This document shows, piece after piece, positions 29,923 through 37,972 of a stretch of DNA of 51,411 bases. Numbering within the stretch: the stretch's first letter is position 1; every line of letters starts with the position of its first letter. The DNA comes from Bdellovibrionota bacterium. Its GTDB lineage: Bacteria; Bdellovibrionota_C; UBA2361; JBGSMV01. The stretch lies in contig JBGSMV010000052.1 in assembly GCA_041739995.1 (NCBI GenBank), forward strand, positions 1 to 51,411. Reading direction: 5' to 3'. The notes beneath the pieces were generated by a model, which did no database searches, was not told the origin of the DNA, and was given only the letters and a program-made list of their open reading frames with translations. The translations under genes were made by a program, and so were the position numbers.

Positions 29923-29939
29923 TTGGCCCACAAGTTGCT
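29923..29939 (+). promoter_or_regulatory. Candidate sigma54 -24/-12 promoter
   Basis: TTGGCCCACAAGTTGCT: GG-N10-GC, close to the TGGCAC-N5-TTGCW consensus; intergenic, facing flp. Confidence 0.5.
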
Positions 29940-30468
29940 TCTACTAAAGTTTTTGAGGCGAGCGGTCGAATTTGACTTGCAGCGCTACTCGGAAGCGGTA
30001 GTCTTACACTCGAGTTTGCTTGCGCACTTTATAGCTCAGAATTCTCTGTAATTTTGAGTGGTTGAGTGCAAAGTTGAAGGTGAATTTGAGCTATATTCGT
30101 TGCGATTGTGACGTTCGTAGCTCGCAGAATTTACCAGATACGCAAGTTTATGACTGTGTGGGGATTAGAGTAGCTCTGTGGGGCAGAAGTTGGTCCTCTT
30201 TCTAGTTCTGATGTGTTTTTCCAACTCAGCTGCGGCTGATGTGGCGACGTACATAAGGGGCTAGACGGTAACCAATTAGTCTCATAGACTTTTTGATCGC
30301 TGGCGCTCTTCTGTGCTGGGCTTGTAACTCTTGATCTCCGGAGGAGCTTTTAGGGCTGTTTCGGGGGTCTGGGAGGGGGTTCGGCGCTGTAGTGAAGCTA
30401 GATCGAAAGAGCGAAGCTAAAATTAGAAGATTGTCGGCGATTATTATGCCGCTTTGTAAGGAATACGT

Positions 30469-30663
30469 ATGGACGAGATGAAGAAAATTGAGAATGTGAC
30501 CGATATTAAACGTGAGAAGGAGCGTGCTGCCAGTCTTGTTGAGTACGTGCTGCTTGTAGTGCTTATCGCACTTGCTGCAGTAGTAGTGCTTCAACTGTTT
30601 GGACAGACCGTTTCTGGGAAGTTCTCGCAAATTAACTCGACGCTGACAGGAACTAACTCATAG
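30469..30663 (+). CDS. flp: Flp family type IVc (Tad) pilin
   Basis: 64 aa; charged leader, A|ASLVEY followed by a hydrophobic helix, ending KFSQINSTL; AAGGA RBS. Confidence 0.9.
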   Translation: MDEMKKIENVTDIKREKERAASLVEYVLLVVLIALAAVVVLQLFGQTVSGKFSQINSTLTGTNS

Positions 30664-30685
30664 TTCGAGTTTTTTGATTGCTCTA

Positions 30686-30718
30686 TCTCCGGTGGTTGGC
30701 ATGTCTAGCCACCGGAGA
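30686..30718 (+). terminator. Strong hairpin after flp (terminator or mRNA-stabilising stem)
   Basis: TCTCCGGTGGTTGG-CATGT-CTAGCCACCGGAGA: 14-bp stem with 2 GU pairs; no clear U-tract. Confidence 0.55.
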
Positions 30719-31029
30719 AGGGCAGATTTAATACTTTGGTTTGATGACTCGGCCATTAGTTTAGTTTTTGAGAGTCATAAAGTCTCAGCTCGTGCGATTG
30801 CTAGGCTGAGATTGTTATTGGCGGTCTTTTTGTTTTCTCTGACCGCATGCCCCTGAGGTTTTCAGGGAAGGTTTTTTGGGGAGTGCATAGGCTTTTGCGG
30901 CGCGAGTTTTCGCCTCGATTTTGTCTTTCGTCCAGTCGCAGTTGCTGATGGACGGAGCAGGTCGCGGTTAAAGTGAGCGGTGTAAAGTGACCGTTTGGCC
31001 ATAAAGGGTTTTTTGAATGACGGGGGCGT

Positions 31030-31917
31030 ATGTCAAGGCATTTTGGGACAATTGGAGTTTCGCGGAGATCTGATAAGACCAGGTTGATGGTCATTGTCGG
31101 AGTCTTTTTAATTGTCACCTGTCTCGCGATCGCGTTTCTCGCGCTCTATGCCGGAGCTTCCGCTCCCGCATCCGATCCAGTCAAAGCGGTTGATGTAGCA
31201 AACGAGCCGCCGCCGGTCAAAATGATCGACGTGCTTGTGCCCGCACGTGACATCGATGCAGGCGCTCAACTAGAGCCCGCAATGTTTAGAATGGAATCTC
31301 GACCTCAGGTAGGCGTTTCTCCTCGTGTGGTAGTGAGCTTCGAGGAGCTCAAAGGGCAGTTCGCCCGATCTCTTGTGGTAGGCGGCCAGCCCCTACACCG
31401 CGATTTTATGACCAGCGTGAGGCCGACGAGTGCCATCACGGCAAGCATTCCGGAAGGATACCGAGCAGTCACGATTAGCGTGGACGCCCGTAGTGCCGTT
31501 GAGGGTTGGGTAAGGCCTGGTGCCCGAGTCGACGTGATGTGGCTCTCTAACGTGCGAGGCCGAGGCGGCATCACTCGAATTGTGCAGAATGCGCGCGTGC
31601 TGTCAGCTGAGCGCCAGACGCAGACTAATCAGCAACAACCCGGCATGCCGATCCCATCTACGGTGACGCTACTGGTGACCTCAGAGGATGCGGCGAAGAT
31701 CAGCCTCGCGGTTACTAACGGGAGCATCACTTTGCAACTTCGTGGCGATACCGACGTTAAGGCTAGTGAGCAATCGACGGTTATCACTATTGACGATTTG
31801 CTTGGAAAGACTGGCCCCGCAGGCCCCACCAGTGACTGTGAAGGCACTGTAGTTATCGGAGGCGCTCGCTATTGCGTAAAAGCAGGCGGACGTCTTGAGC
31901 CGGAAGCGGGGAACTAG
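31030..31917 (+). CDS. cpaB: Flp pilus assembly protein CpaB/RcpC
   Basis: N-terminal TM, SAF domain (VLVPARDIDAG), IPEGYRAVTI, GWVRPGARVDV, VTLLVT..A.KI.LA...G.I.L.LR. Confidence 0.92.
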   Translation: MSRHFGTIGVSRRSDKTRLMVIVGVFLIVTCLAIAFLALYAGASAPASDPVKAVDVANEPPPVKMIDVLVPARDIDAGAQLEPAMFRMESRPQVGVSPRVVVSFEELKGQFARSLVVGGQPLHRDFMTSVRPTSAITASIPEGYRAVTISVDARSAVEGWVRPGARVDVMWLSNVRGRGGITRIVQNARVLSAERQTQTNQQQPGMPIPSTVTLLVTSEDAAKISLAVTNGSITLQLRGDTDVKASEQSTVITIDDLLGKTGPAGPTSDCEGTVVIGGARYCVKAGGRLEPEAGN

Positions 31918-32139
31918 GATAGGAGTCGTGATGGCGCGGGGGTGCTTTTCACGCGGGCCGTAGAGTTACGAGACTCCTGGCTGGCATAAAAGGTTGTTGG
32001 AGAGAATCTTGCACAGGCTTTAAGCAGAGCAATCTGTTGAGCCCCGCAGGATCGGTTTTAGGGGAGGCATGCTCGGGAGTCGTGTTGACGTTCGGTCAAT
32101 GCGCAAGAGCATGCACGGGTTGAATGAGAGGTTTTGATC

Positions 32140-33660
32140 ATGAGTGGCACAGAGGATGGCCGACCCGGCGGGGATCGTGATTCACTATTAGACCTGTTCT
32201 CTACCCGTGGAAACGGGAAGGGAGAAAAGGGCGGACCTCAAGCCAGCGCTTCCAGTGCCGCGATGTCGAGTGCGGTGGCCACGCGTGCATCGTCCAATTC
32301 ACTTTCCATGGGCGGATCGGCCCCAAGCACCTCGCGCCAAACAGCAGCCACGCGCGGAAAGCTTTCTCCCCTAGCCAGTACCATTCTTCGCGAAGCTCGC
32401 AGAGAACTCGGAAGTGAGTTTAATCTCGGATCTGCTGATGGCAACGTCAATATTGCTGAGTCAACTATCGCCGCGGCGGTAGACCGGGTTCTTAGGAAAC
32501 GCTCAGAGGCGATAGATGACCTAGAGCGCGCACACGTCATTATCCATCTCCAGAAAGATCTGATGGGGTGGGGCGTATTACAGCCTTTGATTGATAACAA
32601 AGAGGTTACGGACATTCACGTCTATGACTATCAAACCGTAGTACTGCAGCGCGGAAAGATAAGTGAAACCACCGGTCTGCATTGGCCGAACGCGCAAGCA
32701 TATAATGCCTTCCTTGATCGGTTGTTGATGCGGCTTGGTAAGTCGCTGTCCACTCAGCAGCACACTGTGGACGGCTCCTTCCCGAACGGCATACGTATAT
32801 GCGCGATTCATGAGAGCGTGTGCGGTACGCGTGGCCCGCTTCTTTGTATTCGTGTTCCTCGTATCATGGAAGTGACCCTCGAGAGCTTGGTCACCTACCA
32901 GGTAGCGCCGCCATTCATTGTGCAATATCTGGCAGCCTTGGTGAGAAGTGGTTTGGTCACCATGATGATCGCAGGAGAAACGGGTACCGGTAAAACTACT
33001 CTTGTAAAGTGTCTTGGGACTCAATTCGGTCCTGATGAGTCGATTGTGTCTGTAGAAGATACCCCTGAAGTAAACTTCTCTCATCCCTACTTTCGCTCTC
33101 TGGTGTCTCGGCCACCGAACATCGAAGGAATTGGTGAAGTGACTCTTCAAGAGCACATTAAGACCACGCTTCGTATGACACCGACTCGAGTTATCTTGGG
33201 AGAAATGAGAACGCCATTTTCGGCCGAAGCGTTTCTAGAAAGCGCTCAGACGGGACACGTCGGGATGTCCACAGTGCATGCCAGAAATGCGCGTGAAACC
33301 CTTGTGCGTTTGGAGAGTTTGCTTGGTCGAGCTCAGAAATCAGTATCGATTGACATCATACGCCAACAGATTGCCTTAGCGGTGGATGTGGTGGTTTGGA
33401 TGTTCCGAGAGAAAGGGCTGGGTAAGCCGCGAATTGGTGAAATCGTGGAAGTAGGACACTTCGTAGAAGGACAAGTTCAGGTCAGACCTATGTTCTCGAT
33501 TTCTCGCACCGGGGAGCGACCATTGTGGAGAGTCGACTCTTGGACAAGCTCATTTGAAGAAGTACTTGAGGCCAACGGGATTCGCCTCGGCGATTCACCA
33601 CCTGAAATTGGATTTGGGAGCACGGCCGATGGTTCAGGAACACGTACTGCACGGCGATAG
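32140..33660 (+). CDS. tadA: TadA/CpaF pilus assembly ATPase
   Basis: GWGVLQPLI, Walker A GETGTGKTT, Asp box EDTPE, Walker B ILGEMR, His box TGH..STVHA. Confidence 0.92.
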   Translation: MSGTEDGRPGGDRDSLLDLFSTRGNGKGEKGGPQASASSAAMSSAVATRASSNSLSMGGSAPSTSRQTAATRGKLSPLASTILREARRELGSEFNLGSADGNVNIAESTIAAAVDRVLRKRSEAIDDLERAHVIIHLQKDLMGWGVLQPLIDNKEVTDIHVYDYQTVVLQRGKISETTGLHWPNAQAYNAFLDRLLMRLGKSLSTQQHTVDGSFPNGIRICAIHESVCGTRGPLLCIRVPRIMEVTLESLVTYQVAPPFIVQYLAALVRSGLVTMMIAGETGTGKTTLVKCLGTQFGPDESIVSVEDTPEVNFSHPYFRSLVSRPPNIEGIGEVTLQEHIKTTLRMTPTRVILGEMRTPFSAEAFLESAQTGHVGMSTVHARNARETLVRLESLLGRAQKSVSIDIIRQQIALAVDVVVWMFREKGLGKPRIGEIVEVGHFVEGQVQVRPMFSISRTGERPLWRVDSWTSSFEEVLEANGIRLGDSPPEIGFGSTADGSGTRTARR

Positions 33661-33675
33661 CGAGAGGGGAGACGC

Positions 33676-34659
33676 GTGACAATCGGACTAGTAATCGTTC
33701 TCGTAGCAGTGGCGCTGGTAGCGACCATTGCGCTGGTGGTGCTGCTTGGCACCGGTTCTGGTGCGCGCGCAGGCTTGGGTGGAAGTTATAAAAATCTAAA
33801 GGCCAGTCAACGCTTCGGCACATTTGCTGACGATGGAGACTCAAGTGGCGCAAAGAAAAAAGATAAGCCTGATATTTATAGCGCGGTCGGAGCTGAGCGA
33901 AAGGTTGCGAGCGCGAAGCTCACTCTGAAGCGTCGCCTAAAATATGCGCAACTTGCGATTCCGGTGGTGGCCTTTCATGTGCTGGAAGTGGGGATTAGCC
34001 TCGTCGCGTTCATTGTAGTGAATTTGTATTTTAACGTGATCCTGCAGCTGGCCTCCTTGTTGGTCGGTCCAATCATCATGCGTTGGCTGGTGAATACCAG
34101 AATCGACCGACGAATGAAGCGTTTTGATGCAGATTACCCGCAGTTTCTTTTGTCCCTGGTAGGTCTTTTAAAGACAGGCATGAACCCGGTTCAAGCCCTT
34201 GAAGCTGCTGCTGCAGGCCTAGAGGGCACATCTCTCGTTCGCGAAGAGGTAGAGATGATGATTGATCGCCTTAAATTTGGCGTGAGCGAGGATAAGTCCA
34301 TTGGTGCTTTTGGCGAGGACATTTACCATTCTGAGATTGAACTCTTCGTACAAGCGCTACTGCTTAGTAGGCGAGTGGGTGGAACTCTTTCCGACACGCT
34401 TGAGCGTCTGGCAAAACAGGTACGCAAACGACAGTTTTTTAGGTCTCAAGCGAATGCTGCGGTGGGTATGCAACGCGGATCGATTTACATCATTATCTTC
34501 ATGCTCATCTTGATGCAGTTTTACATGTACTACGTATATCCGTCGATGATTGAAGCAGGCTTGAAGAGCGACATGGGTTGGCAGATTTGGCAGGCCGGTA
34601 TCATAGTCATTCTTTTGGGAATTTTCTGGGTACGACAGGTAACCAAGATTCGAGTGTAG
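33676..34659 (+). CDS. tadB: TadB inner-membrane platform protein (T2SSF domain)
   Basis: TM pattern; L.SL.GLLKTG.N, RRVGGTLSDTLERLA; follows tadA. Confidence 0.85.
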   Translation: MTIGLVIVLVAVALVATIALVVLLGTGSGARAGLGGSYKNLKASQRFGTFADDGDSSGAKKKDKPDIYSAVGAERKVASAKLTLKRRLKYAQLAIPVVAFHVLEVGISLVAFIVVNLYFNVILQLASLLVGPIIMRWLVNTRIDRRMKRFDADYPQFLLSLVGLLKTGMNPVQALEAAAAGLEGTSLVREEVEMMIDRLKFGVSEDKSIGAFGEDIYHSEIELFVQALLLSRRVGGTLSDTLERLAKQVRKRQFFRSQANAAVGMQRGSIYIIIFMLILMQFYMYYVYPSMIEAGLKSDMGWQIWQAGIIVILLGIFWVRQVTKIRV

Positions 34660-34717
34660 AGAAGGTCTGTAGCGTAAAGGCTACGGAACTTAGAGAGACC
34701 GAAGGTTTTAGGAGAGT

Positions 34718-35641
34718 ATGGAAGGCGTTTCGCTCATAGGACTAGCTGCTATCATGGGAGCCTTCCTTTCTGGAGGTTTCCTGCTCTATTTTCTTATACC
34801 GAAACGCCAAACAGATCTCCGCTCTCTCATGAACTCAGGAACTGCGGCTTATTCTGCGGGAGCCGCTCCGCGCAAGCGCAGCGAAACCGCAGAGGATGAT
34901 TTTGCGCGAGCCAAGGCACAGGCTAAGAAGAAGGCTAAAAAGAAGGATCCGGTTACTCTTGCCGAGAGGTTCTTCCATGCAGGAATATTTAGTGACCAAG
35001 AGCGTAAGCAGTTTCAACAACTTCGAATGCTCGCGCCCATTGTGTTGCCGGTGGTGATGGGACTGGTGATTGCAACCGTAAATTTGCAGTACGCACTTTA
35101 TGCGGCAGTTCTGGGGCTGCTTCTGGGGCTGCAATTGCCGTTTTCAATTCTTGATCGACGAATTAAGCAGCGTGCAGAAGACATTCTGTTCTTTTTACCC
35201 TTGGTGGTTGAGCAGATAGTAATTGGAGTGAGTAGTTCACTGGACGTAGGTCCGTGCTTGCAGCGCGTGGTGCAGATGGCGGATGAACGCGATAGCCATA
35301 ACCCGGTGACCGAAATGCTGCGACATGCGCAAACATACGCTAAGTCGGGCACTTCGATGAGTGACGCTTTGATGGATGTGGGGCGATTGTCCGGAAATAC
35401 AGAACTAAAGCATACCTTCATGTCGTTGTCGCAAGTATCGAAGCATGGTGGTGAAATCACCAGGCAGCTTCAGGAACTGGCGGACGCAGTTGCCGGACAG
35501 CGAGAAACGAAAATTGAAGCCAAGATTAAGCGCCTTGAGTTGGAAGCAACCGGTCCCGTAGGTCTGGTGTTCATGGGATTCATGTTGATTTTCACCGTTG
35601 GCTTCATAATCCAACTTATGGAAGCATTCGCAAAGACTTGA
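34718..35641 (+). CDS. tadC: TadC inner-membrane platform protein (T2SSF domain)
   Basis: LP..VEQIVIGVSS, LSQVSKHGG.I..QL.ELA; TM pattern; follows tadB. Confidence 0.85.
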   Translation: MEGVSLIGLAAIMGAFLSGGFLLYFLIPKRQTDLRSLMNSGTAAYSAGAAPRKRSETAEDDFARAKAQAKKKAKKKDPVTLAERFFHAGIFSDQERKQFQQLRMLAPIVLPVVMGLVIATVNLQYALYAAVLGLLLGLQLPFSILDRRIKQRAEDILFFLPLVVEQIVIGVSSSLDVGPCLQRVVQMADERDSHNPVTEMLRHAQTYAKSGTSMSDALMDVGRLSGNTELKHTFMSLSQVSKHGGEITRQLQELADAVAGQRETKIEAKIKRLELEATGPVGLVFMGFMLIFTVGFIIQLMEAFAKT

Positions 35642-35773
35642 TGCGCGTATGCTCGACCTAGACCGCGATCTGGTGAGCGCCGGAACTACCCGCCATAATA
35701 TGCGGGGAGAGTATTCGGAGATGAGGGTATTCGGGAGGAGACGCAAGGCTACAGGGATGGTAGGTTTTTTGCT

Positions 35774-37876
35774 GTGAGACGACTACGTGTTAGCGACTTT
35801 CTTCTTGCGGCTTTCCTCATCGCGGTCACCGCGCTCTTGCTCGTGCCGCTTCCGACTCTACTGCTCGATTTGCTACTGGTAGTGAACCTTTCATTTTCCT
35901 TGGTGCTCTTGCTCGCGGGGCTGTATCTCCCCAATGCGCTGGCCTTGCTCGCATTCCCCAGCATTTTGCTTCTCACCACTCTACTGCGGCTCAGCCTCAA
36001 CGTCGCCTCGACTCGGCTGATCTTAAGTCAGGGCGACGCCGGAGAAGTCATTCAATCCTTTGGAACCTTTCTGGTCGGGGGAGAGATCATTGTTGGCGTC
36101 GTCATCTTTCTGATTCTGACCGTGGTGAACTTTGTGGTGGTGGCGCGTGGATCGTCTCGTGTTTCAGAGGTAGCGGCTCGTTTCGCGCTTGACGCGCTTC
36201 CCGGGAAGCAAATGGCCATAGACGCTGATTTGCGCGCAGGCTTGATCACTTCACTAGATGCGCAGCGCCGCCGCGAAGATCTAAGAAAAGAGTCTCAGTT
36301 GTATGGCTCCATGGATGGCGCCATGAAGTTCGTTCAGGGCGATGCTATCGCAGGGCTCTTCATTATTGCCGTCAATATTATCGGAGGTATGTATCTCGGA
36401 GTTCGCGGAGGAATGTCGATCACTGAGGCGGTTAGTGCGTACACTACCCTGACCGTCGGCGATGGTCTCGTACACCAGATTCCCGCCATTCTTATTTCTA
36501 TTTGCGCAGGAATTATCGTCACGCGAGTTTCCTCAGGCGAAGGATCTTCTTTGGGGAGCGACGTTCAGACGCAGCTCTTTGCGCGACCTGGCACTATCGT
36601 GTTTGCAGGCGGGCTTATTATTGTGCTTGGGTTGACCCCTGGACTACCCCCATTGCCGTTTCTGGTAGTTGGAATCTGTTTGGGCGGAACTGGAGTGTTT
36701 CAGCTCTATCGACAAAAAATGCAGTCGCCTGCCCCGGTTGGCGCCGAGACTTCGATTGTGATTGCGGAGCAATCAGCGCATGGCATGCAGACTCTGGACG
36801 GCAGGAGCGCTGAGGGTGAGCGGCTCTTACAAATCTCGGTCTCGACAGGTGAGCTATATCGAATCTTTCGTGCAGAACAGAACAGCTACCGTGCTTGGTG
36901 GCAGAGGCTGGAAACTGATTTCTTCCAGGAGAGCGGACTAAGGCTTCCCCCGTTGCGCTTAGGTTCCGATCCGTCGCTTGGCTTTGGAGGATATCGCATC
37001 ATCGTGCGTGGCACGGTTGTCCTGCAGGACCAGGTGATCCCGGATGCTTCGATTGTGGAAGTGAGTCCGCATGCGGCGCATGAGTTTGGTATGCAAGTTG
37101 CCGCCGAGGTTCCGCATCCCGTAAGTGGTAGTTTGGTCTCATGGGTAGTGCTATCCAGCGCAGATCGGTTGGTGTTGGAAGCCGCGGGGATTGCTTCCTT
37201 TGATCCCATTCAGTACATCGCGCTGCGTTCAGCAATGTTTTTTCGAGCCTTTCCCGAGGAGCTGTTGTCTGTATCCGAGGTCATGGAGATCGAAGCGATG
37301 CTAGAGAAGCAACATCCGGGACTGCTCTCTAGAACCTTCAATAGAGAATTTATCTCGCCGGCACGTTTGACCGAAATTCTACAGCAGTTACTTCGCGAAG
37401 GTGAGAGTATCCGAGAGTCCAAGCAGATCGTTGAAGCGATAGCGACGTATTGTTCGACAGAAGGTGCATCGATGGCACGTGAGGGCGATTTTGATCTAGA
37501 TGATGTGGTTTCGTTCGTGCGACGTTCTCGACGGCGGCATCTGGTGGGCAGGTATTTGTCCCCACGGCGTACCCTACGAGTATTTTCTTTACGTGACGAT
37601 ATCGCTGAGGGCTTTTTGATGGCGCCGGCGGTTGAGCCACACGGAGTGGTGGCGCTACGTCCAGAGGACAGTGAGCGTACCAAGCAGAGTCTTAAGCAGG
37701 CCCTTTCCAACCTCGGACGTTCGGGGGCCGGAGGGGCTGTATTGGTGGTGGATGCGGAAATCCGGGCTCGCGTGATTGCCTTTATTCGACAAGTGGGGTT
37801 GCAGCTACCAGTTTTTACACCAGCCGAGCTTGATCCTTCAATCCCGATGGAACCGGTCGGGGTTGTGGGGCTCTAG
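35774..37876 (+). CDS. sctV: FHIPEP-family type III export gate, injectisome SctV/LcrD-type
   Basis: RVSEVAARFALDALPGKQMAIDADLRAG, KESQLYGSMDGAMKFV.GDAIAG, LTVGDGLVHQIPA. Lacks the FlhA N-terminal extension and the GHxG insert. Confidence 0.85.
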   Translation: MRRLRVSDFLLAAFLIAVTALLLVPLPTLLLDLLLVVNLSFSLVLLLAGLYLPNALALLAFPSILLLTTLLRLSLNVASTRLILSQGDAGEVIQSFGTFLVGGEIIVGVVIFLILTVVNFVVVARGSSRVSEVAARFALDALPGKQMAIDADLRAGLITSLDAQRRREDLRKESQLYGSMDGAMKFVQGDAIAGLFIIAVNIIGGMYLGVRGGMSITEAVSAYTTLTVGDGLVHQIPAILISICAGIIVTRVSSGEGSSLGSDVQTQLFARPGTIVFAGGLIIVLGLTPGLPPLPFLVVGICLGGTGVFQLYRQKMQSPAPVGAETSIVIAEQSAHGMQTLDGRSAEGERLLQISVSTGELYRIFRAEQNSYRAWWQRLETDFFQESGLRLPPLRLGSDPSLGFGGYRIIVRGTVVLQDQVIPDASIVEVSPHAAHEFGMQVAAEVPHPVSGSLVSWVVLSSADRLVLEAAGIASFDPIQYIALRSAMFFRAFPEELLSVSEVMEIEAMLEKQHPGLLSRTFNREFISPARLTEILQQLLREGESIRESKQIVEAIATYCSTEGASMAREGDFDLDDVVSFVRRSRRRHLVGRYLSPRRTLRVFSLRDDIAEGFLMAPAVEPHGVVALRPEDSERTKQSLKQALSNLGRSGAGGAVLVVDAEIRARVIAFIRQVGLQLPVFTPAELDPSIPMEPVGVVGL

Positions 37877-37972
37877 CCTAGGGAGGGGGAGCCTGAGGAA
37901 CGGGATTTGTATGCAACCCGTCGATCTGAGCTCTGTTGGCAGGAACAGTCCTAGAGTATATGTAATCGAGAA

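Noticed and set aside
30226..31118. ORFs 30226-30630(-), 30674-30856(+), 30801-31118(-) as extra Tad genes
   Set aside because: No pilin, peptidase or TadE motifs; they overlap flp, its hairpin or cpaB.
35774..37876. Calling this gene flagellar flhA
   Set aside because: Signature residues are SctV-like and no flagellar genes are nearby. A phylogeny is still needed for certainty.
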